Part shown: piece after piece, positions 25,362-37,783 of the stretch
Layout: each line of letters opens with the position of its first letter
How positions within the stretch are numbered: the stretch's first letter is position 1
From: Nitrospirales bacterium
Lineage (GTDB): Bacteria; Nitrospirota; Nitrospiria; Nitrospirales; UBA8639
Direction of reading: 5' to 3'
Assembly: GCA_965203295.1 (NCBI GenBank)
Contig: CBDBCZ010000017.1
Location: forward strand, 1,664,001 to 1,728,000
Length of the DNA: 64,000 bases
Notes under the pieces: generated by a model
The model's input: only the letters and a program-made list of their open reading frames with translations
Databases searched by the model: none
What the model was told of the DNA's origin: nothing
Program-made: the position numbers and the translations under genes

Positions 25362-27009
25362 CAGTGCTCACAATCTAACAAGTAGATAAAATTGCTGTAC
25401 TTTTTTCTACACCCTACATGGTTTGATGTTAGGTTCTCAAAAGTGGAAAGCAAATACTTACATACCTCTGCCACTATGGCATAGGTGCTAATTTTATTAG
25501 TAACTTGACCAAAAAGTGCAATATCCATTCATGTAGGGATGCACTTCCACAAAAACAAAGGGACAAGTTGTAACTCCCACTGCAATGGGTTCACAGACTA
25601 CCTACACATCACAGCCCAATTAATGCATTACAGAGTAGCTGCAAATCACAGCACAGTGTGTTTACAGAGACCAACCTGGGTAAGGAGATGTAGGGAGGAT
25701 CTTCTCCGTAAACGCACTGCCGTAGGGCGTGACTGATCACCGCAGTAGAGGCACAGATGCCTCACTATGTATACTCCACTATGAACACATGTCAAGAGAC
25801 CGCGTGTGCCTGGCCTCTGCCTTTTTGGAGTTCTTGAAATGGCACACCTTACCGATATTGAATAAGTTAGAGCTGAACATGCGGAGGCTAGAACCGCTTT
25901 GGTGACTATATGTTCAGGCGATTTTTGGTTACCTCCAGCTTTATAGCCTCTAAATCACACATTTTGTAATGATAGTTGGATAACAACAACAGATTGCTTA
26001 ACCCCATTCACCCATTTGCAGTGTGGGATAACAAAAAGTTGGAGAGAGAGGGTCTAGCAGAACTTGCACAAAATTGGTTTTTAACTGGCCAATCAGCTTG
26101 CACTGTAAAAATTCTGTTAATTGACGGTTTCATAAGTCATGCAATCTACTTTCACAGACACTGGGGTCCAGGGGTAGTGGGCACACTAATAAGATCTCAA
26201 GGGTTGCTTGCTAACTCTCTTATAGATCGTATTGGCTACCCGGACATGGTTTGTAGCATGGAAAGTAGACTGATAGTACGTATGTGTGTACTCTAGCTAC
26301 CCCCCCCCCCCCCTCCCACTGTATAACTGCTATACATTCGTGAATTCACAGCTAAGGCCTTCTATCCAGTTTTTACCAGCCGGAGCGCGTGCGAACAGCT
26401 GGTACTAATATTGCTTTACGTTTTCCGCATCTGTCTGTTTGTTTGTTTGTTTGTTTGTGCGTCCGCACTTATCACGTGCGCAATGTATTACGTCATACGT
26501 TACTATGCAACTGCAGTGTATAGCTTTTGGAGGTTTGCAGGCTAAGCTACAGCAAATGAAGGTAGTTGTGTGTTGCCTAGATGGCAAAAACTCAATAGGC
26601 AGCCATAAAGATCCCGTTTTCGTTGCGTAAAGCTATTAACTGGAGGCGCACGACGAAACTGCTGAGTCAGCACTTTCGCTGTTCTGCGTTCTAGCTTGCA
26701 GTTAGCGCTCCCAGTTGGCTTGGCCGAAGCTGAGTTGTGTGTGTTGTACGGGAGAAAGGTGCCCAGCTGGTTTTTAGACATGAAATGTCATACTTGTTTC
26801 TCAACAGCTACATGTAGTGTGAGTTGAAAGGCCTCAGTGTGAGTATATATCACCTTTATGTCATTCATTGAAGTTTCCATAGTAATTACAGCAGGCTTAT
26901 ATATGTTAGCAGTGTAAGATCATGTTTACATGTGATTCTCAAAACTTTATGCTGACCAAAACAGGAACTAGTATTTGGACCAGAGGAGCAGCTAATGATA
27001 TTCATGCAC

Positions 27010-27150
27010 CTTAATCGCTAATATTGAGAGTTTCACAAACCCACAAGTGTTTCAAGCAAGTGCTGAGTATATAAGGAGGGAACCTGGGTCTGGGTTCCTT
27101 GGCATTTATCTCAGTTTTGCAATTTTTGGGGGGCCTAATTAAAGGGCCTA
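27010..27150 (+). ncRNA. Putative Sm-class snRNA-like gene, type A copy 8
   Basis: Box 27037-27049, TATATAA 27068, AATTTTTGG 27121-27129, GGCCT/GGGCC hairpin. Confidence 0.6.
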
Positions 27151-27227
27151 CAGCTCACAGAAATTTGAATATACTTATTGTTCCAGTGCAGATCACAGGA
27201 GCACACAGTGCCACAGGGTGTGTGTAA

Positions 27228-27789
27228 CCGTATCCACTCTAATTAAGGCGCCTCTCTAATAAACCCGCCCTTTCAAAGAGAAAACATTTTTTTTCGCTCA
27301 AAGTAAGGCGAGAATGAAGCAGCTACTGCCCCCGGTAATTATTTTTAGGGGGCGCGTTCTAATTAGAGCGAAATTTTGACGTTCGTAATATCCATTAATT
27401 GCTGTCAGTGGCAGAGTGTTGAAATATTTTTGGGAACATGCCCCACAGTCCCAAGCTCATGAGCGACAACTGCAACAGCGTAACTGTCATGTTCGTTCTC
27501 CGTTTCCACCACTGTTACAGTAGTGAGTATACACCTCACCAACCTCTGGAGTCCAGATGCGTAGGAATTCATATCCTCGAACTCCAACTCAGTAGTCGCC
27601 AAGGAAGCCAATCTCGCAGTAGCTGCTTCATTCTCGTATCGTGGTGGCTTTAAACCGTTGGGCTGACAGAATTGATCGATATTAATGAACGTCAAAACTT
27701 CGCTCTAATTAGAAGGTGCCTCTCTAAATAAGGCGCCCCTTGAGGGTCATAATTAATTTATAAGGGCACCTTAATTAGAGCGGATACAG
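27228..27789 (-). mobile_element. pogo-type TIR element carrying a HIRAN-domain fragment
   Basis: TIR CCGTATCCACTCTAATTAAGG/CCTTAATTAGAGCGGATACAG; ORF 27405-27695 has ETENEHDSYAVAV..VGHVPKNIS. Confidence 0.7.
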
Positions 27790-28784
27790 TTTTGCCATAT
27801 CATGCTATATCAGCTGTTTTCAAATACTGATTAAAAAAAAACAGCCTTGGTGTGCAGCAAGCCACCCATGGTAAAAGCACTATATGTTTTGTATCATTGT
27901 ACTAAAGACAGATCCAACCCACTGATGCCATTGACTCTAATGGTGATGTTATCTAACCTTGGCGGTGTATACTAGGTGAATGCAGGGCATTGTGGGGAGA
28001 GCATGAGCAAGCTTGATTGGAGCTAGCAAGTGAGATTGCACGAGCTAGCTACGTTTTGTAAAGACTGAGCGACTTTGGTATGTTATATCGAAACATCCCC
28101 TAGCACTAGCAGTATGAGTACATCAGTCCTGTCCGAGCCCAGGACTCCTGATTTGGAGGAGTTCTACTCTATAGCTCTGCTGACTGCAGCTGTCCTGAAT
28201 CAGATATTATAACAATATTCCAGGAGAGGTCTGAGGCGTCAGTGGCCCCTCCTCTTCCTCCTCCTCCCTGAGGACCCAGCAACAGCCTGCTGGAGCAGCA
28301 CATACCCCACCCATCACAGAGCATGTACTGGTTGTCTGGCTGTTGGGGGCCTTGCTTTACATTTCTCAGGGGGGGGGGGGGGCCTTGCTTTACCTTTCTC
28401 AGGGGGGCCATTGTTTTTAATGAAACTCAGTTTAATTGCCTTTATAGGAGAGATCCATATTCATTTCAGAGCGCTAGGTGCCCGTACATAGAGCCTTTGT
28501 TCCAGCCCCACCTGGCTACTCTTCAGTGAAAATGGTCAAATTGACAATGTCTGACATTACACCTTTAAGCTGAGTCGCTATACTATCCTAGTGAATTCAC
28601 ATTGGGCCTTGGCATATTATTGTAAACTGCATGGGGAAGGCCCTGCAAATGATGAAAGTGTAAGCTCACTATGACATTACCATCCACAATGGGGATCTTC
28701 CTAAAGTTACACTTTCATATTGTGTAGCAATAACAGCTCGGTAGTTTGCATAAATATTTGTAGCAAAATTCTTGTCATACTCTA

Positions 28785-29418
28785 CTAGGTATACGCAAGC
28801 GCACTATGCCTCGCTGACATCATCTTACCGCCGGGGCCCGCCGGGCTAGATACCGGGGCACTGTCCCCCGAATACACGTGGGGGCGACTATTTTCGCGAC
28901 TAAGCAAGTCGCAAGAATAACAGGCTAGCTGAAGCGGCTGCTGCTAGTAGCTATGTCAAAACGACTGGCATCCAGGCGAATGATATCTGTATCTACAGCA
29001 TTTTCCCAAGGACCAGCCTCAGCTGCCACCAGAGAGCGGACATGCTACGTAAAACTTGCTTTCTTATCGCTCGATCGTGCCGTCCGTCTCTAGCTTTCGT
29101 ACCTCTGCTTACAGAGCGGCTACACAAACTGTACTAACCTAGGAGCTGTAGTAAGCCTTACTTGATAAAACTGTGTAGTAGACTTGTCCAGATCTCTGCC
29201 TGCTTCTGCACCAAGAGTTTGAAGACGGCATCCGCTAAACTACACGAGACGCCATTTTGAACTCGTGGCTTGCCCCGGGGGCCGGGGAGCATGACACACA
29301 GATATATATACATACATACGTATATATATACATATATACATACATATATATATATAAACGCTAGCTGAGATTCTGAGCTCGTATGTCGCGATTATTGGCC
29401 TCGCTGCGCTCGGCAATT
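28785..29418. mobile_element. HINE/Helentron-like repeat with (TA)n
   Basis: Starts ACTAGG, ends GCCTCGCTGCGCTCGGCAAT with a microsatellite; layout resembles 348-793. Confidence 0.4.
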
Positions 29419-29535
29419 ATGTCAGACTAGGTGTGTACTAGCTAACCTATCTTGAGATTTTGGGCCATTGTATACATTGCAAACTTCTGTGAGAAGATAA
29501 GCTTTCTGAGAGAGTAAAGCAATCCCGAAAAATCG

Positions 29536-29611
29536 GGACCCAGCTGGGGATTGAACCCAGGACCTTCTAAATACTAGTCAGATGTTCTTAACCAATTGAG
29601 CTACAGGAGCC
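29536..29611 (-). tRNA. tRNA-Thr(AGT)-like sequence, probably a pseudogene or SINE part
   Basis: A box TAGCTCAATTGG, anticodon arm TCTGA-CTAGTAT-TTAGA, B box GGTTCAATCC; acceptor stem mismatched. Confidence 0.6.
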
Positions 29612-29821
29612 CCTTGGCAGAGGAGCAGTAGGCAAGCTTTATATAGCCACTAAATCTGCTAGTAGCACTTGCCAGTAGGACCCAGCCAATTCCAACTGTA
29701 ATTACTCTTTCACTATAGGCCATCCCCCCATCTCCTAAACATGAGGAACGTGCTACACCCAGACTTAGTCTGTACATCTGGTGCCCTGAGAGTGAGCTAT
29801 AACCATAGTAACTGCATTCTG

Positions 29822-29965
29822 TGTGAATTAATGTATGTGTTTGTATCAAACCCACAAGTGCCTTGCTCACAGTGGGGCTAGCTACAAAAGCATCTCTAAA
29901 GATGGGGTGAGGTAGTATTCCACACTTTACTGGATTTAATTTAGGGGCCCATATTGGTATGGGCT
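29822..29965 (+). ncRNA. Type B cassette copy 4 (TATA and Sm site degenerate)
   Basis: Box 29848-29860, TACAAAA, AATTTAGG 29938, GGCCCATA/TATGGGCT hairpin. Confidence 0.4.
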
Positions 29966-31696
29966 AATGTATTGGTGTATCATAGTACTGGTCTTATAGC
30001 CCAGGGACTGGACTCTCCATTCTTCATTCTGTACTAAGCGACTTCTATAGCCTCGTTCCCAGTCTCCTCTGCCGACATGCAGAAAGGCTGGCTGTGAAGA
30101 CTGGGAACGAGGCTACCACTGTTGTATGCGTAGCTTCTCTAAGAGTGGCAGGACATGCAATGTCACAGACCATTCTGGCTAAAGAAAAGCCAGTGGATGA
30201 ATACAATGTGTTAACACAAGCCTAGACTTCGATCCACGGTTCAAGAAGGATGCTAGGCTCTGACTTAGGTAGCTAGCGTTACAGGTAGGAATTAGAGGGT
30301 ACCATGTCGGCTGAAACAAACTGCTGCAGACCCCTAGTACTGGTACACTATGTCCCCAGGCCTCCCTCCAGCTTCGTCACTTCCACTGACAAAGGCTGGG
30401 GCTCACTGCCTTGGAAGACACAAAAGCTGGCAGAAGGCCTGGGAACGAGGCTAGAAGCATGGTTTGCCAGTTTTTGTGCCCTGTAACAAAAAATGAATTA
30501 GGTGATTTTTAAATGTCTAATTTGCCAGCTACAAGGACAGTTGAACCAACTGTAACAACTAGGAATTCACAATAGAATGCACACCAGAGCTACAGCCCCC
30601 ATAGGAGCCTGCAGAATCACATGTGTAGTGTAGTAGCCTCATTCCCAGTCCTTCCCACCCCAGCTTTTATCTCGCAGCCGTGGAGAGGGAAGGTCTGGTA
30701 CCACTTATCACATACCGTGATGTAGGATAGACACATTCCCATGCAATGGCACTTACATGCTTCACTTCACTCACACATGAGCAGCACAGGAGAATAAGAA
30801 TAATAGAGGGAGGGTCTAGCAGAGCTTGTACAAAATTGTACAAAAGTCTCAAAGGATGCTAAATCTCGTAGATCACATTGGCTAGATTACTACCCGATGT
30901 GGTTTGAAGTAGACCGATATAAGTGGCCTCTAGCCACACACCCACATATGGTATAACTGCCTTACATTCCTCAACTCATACCCAAGGCCTTCTTTTTCCG
31001 TGGCTACAGTATGAGGTGAAAGGCCTCAGTATGAGGTTCGCCTTAATACCGTTCATTGAGGATTCCCAGAGGAGGTTGGAAGTGATTACGTGTACATGTA
31101 CGTCAATAAATGCATAATGTCGTGTATAGTTAATAGCATTCCATTGAGAAGAATATGGAAGATACGCAAAGGTATGCGTTGTCTGGCCTGGAATGTTCTG
31201 TAGCTCTACAACCTTTGAGGGGACGAGTGGGGATGCCCCTTCAAAAAGCTTGGCTTGCAAGTACGTATGGAACTGTTCTGCTGAAGATTGGGCTTGAATA
31301 GAGTGGATTCTCAGTGAGCTTGCAAAATATTTATAAAGCTACGAATACGATAGTGGTTTAGCTACCACTCAGATTCTAGCTATTACTTGGAAAGCTGCTA
31401 AACTTGTACGAGATCAGAGATCACTCCTAGAGCAGCTATTATTGCTCCAATCTGCCCGAGACGTTTTATTGACATCATCAGAAAGCATAGCTAATTGGAT
31501 TCCACTATTAGTGTACATGACCGCTTCCGACCTCCTCTGGAGACATTAACTCAAGATCATGCTTACATGTGAATCTCTAAAGTTTATGCTGGCCAAAACC
31601 AGAACTAATAGTATTTGCACCAGAGCTGCTGTCTCACTGTACAGTGGGCCAGTGGCCATAATTATGGCGGTACAGCAGGTAATAGTATTCATACAC

Positions 31697-31826
31697 TTTA
31701 ATTGCTAATATCGTGCGTTTAGAAACCCACAAGTGTTTCAAGCAAGTGCTGCCTATATAAGGAGTGAACCAGCTGTTTGTCTTGTCCTTCATGTCCAATG
31801 ACATTATGCACAATTTTTGGGGGCCT
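31697..31826 (+). ncRNA. Putative Sm-class snRNA-like gene, type A copy 9
   Basis: Box 31723-31735, TATATAA 31754, AATTTTTGG 31812-31820; 3' hairpin collapsed by a deletion. Confidence 0.5.
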
Positions 31827-31835
31827 ATGTATATG

Positions 31836-33228
31836 TAGTCTCATGCCCAGCCTCACACGTTGTTAGAAAGTGGGTCTGGCTCACCCCGCATATTCAAAGT
31901 TGGGGCAGCATTACATCAGCGGCCCCCCTTACATCACTGTTAGGAAGTGGGTCTGGCTCACCCCGCATATTGAAAGTTGGGGCAGCATTACATCAGCGGT
32001 CCCAGATCTGGACCGGCAATGTGATTGGTTGATTATAGTATTACATCACTAAACGGTATGGATATCTGGATACTACAGCCGTTTAGTGATGTAATACTAT
32101 AATCAACCAATCACATTGCCAGGTCCAGAATACCGTTTAGTTAGCCTCGAACCCAGGCCTTCCACACAGATTTTTTCGCAGCCGTGGCAAAAATTGCTGA
32201 GAAGGCCTGGTATATTTTCGCACGTGATGTGTGCCGCTGTCGACATCACGGTCAAACAGGAAGCAAGAAATGACGCTTACGTAAAGCCACGTGATAAGCA
32301 ACGAGATTGAGTGCTCTATACTGTGTACTAGAAGAGTGAAAGGGTTTGATCGCTACAGAGGACATTGAGGATCATTTCTGGTCGCGTTAAAGTAGTGAGG
32401 CAGATGCAGTGGAGCATTGAGGCGGAGTAGAAGACCGGCTAATCTCGTTCCCAGGTGCCAGACCACTCCTCCTCGACTGGCACGAGCAACCGGCGATTGC
32501 AGTCACGACCGAGAAGGCTAAGTGGCGCGTACTGTGACTTAATATTATGCCATAGGCATTGATAGCTACACTTATCCATAGACCATAGCCAGAATTTGCA
32601 TTATTTTTTTGTACATGTGCCCAATGTATTTTTATTTATGACTTTATTATAATAAAGTGCATTGACATATACAAATAGGCTGAAATAACAACGCCAAAGA
32701 CCAATAGATGGCCCATGCAGAGCATGTTAGTATAAATGTGCAGCAGTCTCTAGCCACTGCTCCAGACACATCGAGCCTTAAGTCTGGCAGCAACTTTCCT
32801 CTCTTTCCTGACACCAGCTAGAACTCTGCTGCATTTTTGCGCTTGTTTCCTTCATCATCAGAGAGAGAACCTCTCGGTATAGGCCTGTAGACACGGTAGA
32901 CCACTATACTAGCTAGCCGCGAGATTCGCTGCGAAACCCCACCCATACGTGCACATGACATTTCACGCAATTTCTTTACTCCGTGATGACGACAGTGGCA
33001 CACATCACGTGCGAAAATATACCAGGCCTTCTCAGCGATTTTTGCCACGGCTGCGAAAAAATCTGCATGGAAGGCCTGGGTTCGAGGCTACCATTTAGTG
33101 ATGTAATACTATAATCAACCAATCACATTGCTGGTCCAGATCTGGGACCGCTGACGTGATGCTGCCCCAACTTTGAATATGCGGGGAGCCAGACTCACAT
33201 TTCTAACATGGGTCTGGGCACGAGACTA
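31836..33228. mobile_element. Foldback MITE (TAGTCTC TIR) with nested TAGCCTCG MITE at 32142-33090
   Basis: Two nested pairs of long inverted repeats. Confidence 0.8.
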
Positions 33229-33891
33229 ATGTATATGTAGCAGTGGAGATTGGACACATGGGTCATGTGACAGACAGCCCATGTGTTCATGGAGCTGTTC
33301 TTTATTGAGCTGCATGTACAATATGTAGTTTGGTCTAGTTTCGACCAAGTTCTGTTATCAGTATACAAGAAACACATATCGTTGGAATCTGCTTGTGAAA
33401 CGCTTTCAGAAAAGTGAGTCAGCCCCGTTCAGTCCCTGGGTCATTGCAGTGCTACGGTCGGTAAACTATTTAGCTGTTGGCAAGGTGAGACTACATACTG
33501 GATTCTATCTGCAGATGGCAAGATGCTGCCCTTCTAGGTCTGTTCCCACCATCTTACAGAAATCTACAGGCCATTGCAGCTTTATTATGAGCTATGCTTA
33601 CCTGTGTTTCGAGTCAGTGTAGCTTTCCGTTTCTGTCACATTTATGGCACCACGGAAATGCGCAGAATCGCTCAAATTGCTGAACGATACATCATTTTGG
33701 CCCTTGCTAACTCTTTGTAGATGTCTACCTAGCTTCAATCCATACTTTTTAGCTTCTCAGTGAGCTAATTGAACGCTGGAATGCAATGTGGAATGTAATT
33801 AATTGCAGCAAAGGAAACATGACTACGCACGTTAGTGAATGCATGTCCAACCTCCTCTGGATCTATAGCACACTTTGAGAAAACAGATGTA

Positions 33892-34452
33892 CCGTAGACT
33901 CGGGTTATCAGGCACATGCACTAGTTGGGACAATAGCGGCGGTATATGCGCTACATAAAGAAGTGCGCTACATATCGGGGGTTAAAGGTCTACCACGCCT
34001 ATTTATTGCATGATGTCAACGATAACTGTCGATGCGAAAATCTAAAGTTCTTCGCAGCAAGGTTACAGTAGCTAGCTATAAAAATGGGAATTTTGCTGTT
34101 AGCAGATTACTAACTACCGGTATAGAATCACTATCAAAGAAAGCGTAGTTTGTGGTCTCCACGTGTACACAGAAAAGTATGGAGACCCGTTATTGGGCTG
34201 AACCGACCAACCGCCATGACTAGTGAGCCGTAGCTATCTATCGAGACGGAGAGATTGTTGGCCACGTACTCAGAGAGCTAGCTACCTGCTAACAGTCTCC
34301 TAGTTTCTCGTTCTAATAATTTTTGTGCTAGTTACTCCGCCCAATGTTTTGTTTGATTGGAATGTGCGCCTCTTTAGGCCGAGAAGCGAGCATGTGCCTG
34401 ATAGCATATGTGCGCTACATAACGAAGTGCACCTGATAGCCCGAGTCTACAG
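33892..34452. mobile_element. pogo/Tc1-type MITE
   Basis: TIR CCGTAGACTCGGG/CCCGAGTCTACAG flanked by TA. Confidence 0.8.
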
Positions 34453-34537
34453 TATGTCACTAAGCTACACTGCGTGTGGTGGCATAGCGGGAACAGATGT
34501 AGCTTGCTTGGGGTGTGTGTGTTGTTGGCAAGATGTA

Positions 34538-35930
34538 CAGTGCTCAGAATCTAAAGAGTAGATTTTTGATAAAATTGCTTTATTGTTCTACACCCTACAT
34601 TGTTTATAGCCGGAAATTTGGTGAGGACTTTAATTTGGCGGTTTGGCGAATCGTAAAAAATCGCCAAATTAAATTCTCACGCATTATGTAATACGTAACA
34701 CCCACGTGCGCATTCAGCTACTAGAAAAAAGTTGCTCCGCGTAAGCTTACGTGTTTCCTCTCTGTCCGGGAAGGATATCGAACCTCGCAAACAAAGCTGT
34801 AAAGCGCTCTCTATCTGGAAACTTGAAGCCTGTCACACGGTCACCTCGAGGCAAGTATAACACTACACACAAGAAAGGGCACAAATTGGAAAGTATGCCG
34901 CTGACAACGGAGCGACAAAGGCTGCTACACACTTCTCGAAGCATCTGGATAGTAAGATCGGCGAATCCAACGTCTCCATTGTCGAGCTCAGTGACAAAAA
35001 AACTTTACCTGTTCAGCAGCGTTACACGTTGTGTGCCTAGGATTACGTAATACGTCAATATAAATTGCCAAAAGTAATTTAAGATTACGTCATAGCCGTA
35101 CGCAATCGCAAAATTTAAATTTCGCCAATATTTAATTTTGGCCGTTTTTGGCCATTTCGCCAAATTTAATTCTTGCCAAATTTTCCGGCTATACGGTATT
35201 AGGTTTTGTAAAGTGGAATGCATATACCTACATACATCTGCTACAATATGGAAAAGGTGTTAATTTGATTCGTGATAACCTAAGGGTTCTATGGCTTCTG
35301 CAAGACACCTGACTTGGAAAATCGGTTAAGGTGCTTAAATCTACATCTTTGTTCCGAGAAAGTTTAAACCTTGGATGTAACAAGCAATCAGGCCTAGGTA
35401 CCTTTGAATGTTAGAAATGTTCCCCTCAATTAATCAACACCGGAGATATTGACCAAAGATCGTGTTTTGAGTGGGATAATTATCGCTTAAGGTAGTAACT
35501 TTAGAATTTATTGTCCGAGAACTCTCAAAAAAATTTACAGAGCTATTAAGTTGTTGATACTAATGTACCACTACTCAAACAATTCCTGAGTCTTACTGTT
35601 CAGTCAAAAAAAATCTTTTCGTCTGCGCAGGCATTTTTCGCCATTTTGATGTTCGTTGTCGCTGTGGCAGTCTCTCCGTGTAGCAAAGTAAGTCCGTATA
35701 GCAGTATTGAGTGTTCCGACGATCTGCCGTGCGATTATCGATTCTAGTAAGGGAAAGTCCCTACGGTTACAGCATTTTTGTGACACGCAAAAAAATCCAT
35801 GACGTCAAAAAGCATGGCCGCTAGTACAGCAGTGTATGGAAGACTTGCCGGAAAAGTACCTTTTGTCAGTCCACAGCCGCATTTTTCAACTAGCTAGGTT
35901 TATGAGCAGTTATCATAAGTATCTACATTC
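34538..35930. mobile_element. CAGTGCTCAGAATCT-TIR (Tc1/mariner-like) non-autonomous element; pieces also at 16873-17039, 18388, 25362, 58299-59510
   Basis: Recurrent terminus preceded by TA; 58410-59260 is the reverse complement of 35335-35890. Confidence 0.65.
34601..35196 (+). mobile_element. pogo-derived deletion element with transposase N-terminal remnant
   Basis: TIR ..TATAGCCGGAAA/TTCCGGCTATACGG; interior encodes RGKYN..ERAQIGKYAADNGATKAATHFS (HTH); same family starts at 63721. Confidence 0.7.
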
Positions 35931-36610
35931 ATTTTTTAAGGTAAAAGTGGCAGAAAGTGCCAGCAGCGAAAGTCTATGAAAGTTCGCTTATGTTATTCCT
36001 ACTTTATTTGGTTACTTTTTGGGAATTTCACTCCAACATACTCTATCTTTTCTGTAGAGTAATGTGGTGTTGTTGCTACTTTGTTTTGTTAGTTTTCAAG
36101 ATCGTATATATACTAGCTCAGATTCAACTACTAGGTATGCGCCGCAAGATTACTTACCTCGTACTAAGATGTGCTCAGCAATGAAATCTCTTAAGGTATG
36201 TATTATTTGGGCTACGTTCCGTAATGTATTCCCGGCCTCCCTCCAGCTTCATCACTTCTACTAGCAAAGCCTGGGGCTCATTTTCAGTCCTTGGAAGCCA
36301 CATAAGTGATGGGAACGAGGCTAGAAGCAATGCTCGTCACTTTATTCATTTCTTTGCACATCATTCTATTTTTGCTGTTTAGATGCCCATTCCCTCTGTG
36401 TGTGTAGACCACATACCCATTCCCACAGTGTAGTTCCACCAATGTTGGACTGAGCATCAAGTTTGCCTTTATCCACAGCTATAGTCACATCTGGCGAAAT
36501 CACCCATCTCTCTCTAGACCGCGCTCTCATTCCCGCTCTGTGTGTAGACCACATAGCCATTTCCAATGTGTGTGTAGACATATACCCATTCCCACTGTAT
36601 TTGTAGTCTA

Positions 36611-37220
36611 CCGTAGGCGCTCTAAATCTGCGTCACTCTAATCTTGCGTCAAAAATATGAAAAACGGTAACCGTATTTTCTAATTTTGCGTTACTAGCAG
36701 GAAATTTTTGGTTGGGTCCGTCCTAATGTTGCATCATCACTTCTGTCCTACGAAGTGGTGTCAGGCTTAGACTCTACGCCAGTAAAAAAGGATGGCTTTC
36801 AAGGTCACAAACAGAAAGGTGGCGAAAAGTGACGATGGCTAGTCGACGTCCGCTTCATTCTCTTGCTCACTCTGCTCATGCTCACTGTCACTATCGATCG
36901 TTACCGGCTGTTGAACTTTTCGCGGCCTCCCCAGACCACGTTTCGCCTTCCAGCGGATTGGTAGCGGCCCATCCACGCGTCCAAAGAAGCTAGTGATCTT
37001 CACAGCCATAGCAGATTAACGGTAAATCTACACGAGGTGTGATTCTGGTATGCATTTCAGCTAGCGTGCGCTTAGCGCTTACTGGTGCGGTATACCGTTA
37101 AGTCAATATTTTCTAATTATGCGTCAAAATGGATAAAATATTCCATGCCAATTTTCCAATTTTGCGTCGTTCAGAGAAATAATTATTTTTGAGGGTGACG
37201 CAAATTTAGAGCGCCTACGG
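36611..37220. mobile_element. pogo/Tc1-type MITE with demonstrable TA TSD
   Basis: TIR CCGTAGGCGCTCTAAAT; empty site GTAGTCTAAGACC at ~4774. Confidence 0.9.
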
Positions 37221-37488
37221 TAAGACCACATACTCAGGCCCCCGTTTTATTCAACTGCATGTAGGCAAAGGGGAGAGCCTGTCATGTTTAGATCATTATG
37301 CATCAGTAGGGTCCAATTTGAAAGACGGCTGCGTTTATTTTACTGGAGACTTTGTTTCTGCAGTAGGTCTGTGGCACAAACAAGGCTGTGAAGATCGCTA
37401 CGAGAAGTGTAGATTGCTACCTTCGTCTGAGAATTGCAAATGTGCTCGCCCACACTCTATTGCTACCTTTCTACTTTTGACACACACA

Positions 37489-37681
<193 letters not shown>

Positions 37682-37783
37682 GTGAGCTTCTCTTTTGTTC
37701 AGGGCTATGCCTTCCCATACTACATGTAATGAAAGGAATAGGCTGACAGATTAAAAAAAAAGATACAATGTAATTAGGCATAT

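Noticed and set aside
25720..25830. Possible U11 snRNA
   Set aside because: Only two short word matches; structure not convincing
3386..31826. Reading the T5 runs purely as Pol III terminators
   Set aside because: Not excluded, but the conserved AA..GG context and downstream hairpin fit an Sm site better
35326..36194. Kolobok/piggyBac element bounded by TTAA
   Set aside because: Most of it belongs to the CAGTGCTCAG-TIR family seen inverted at 58299-59270; no matching TIRs
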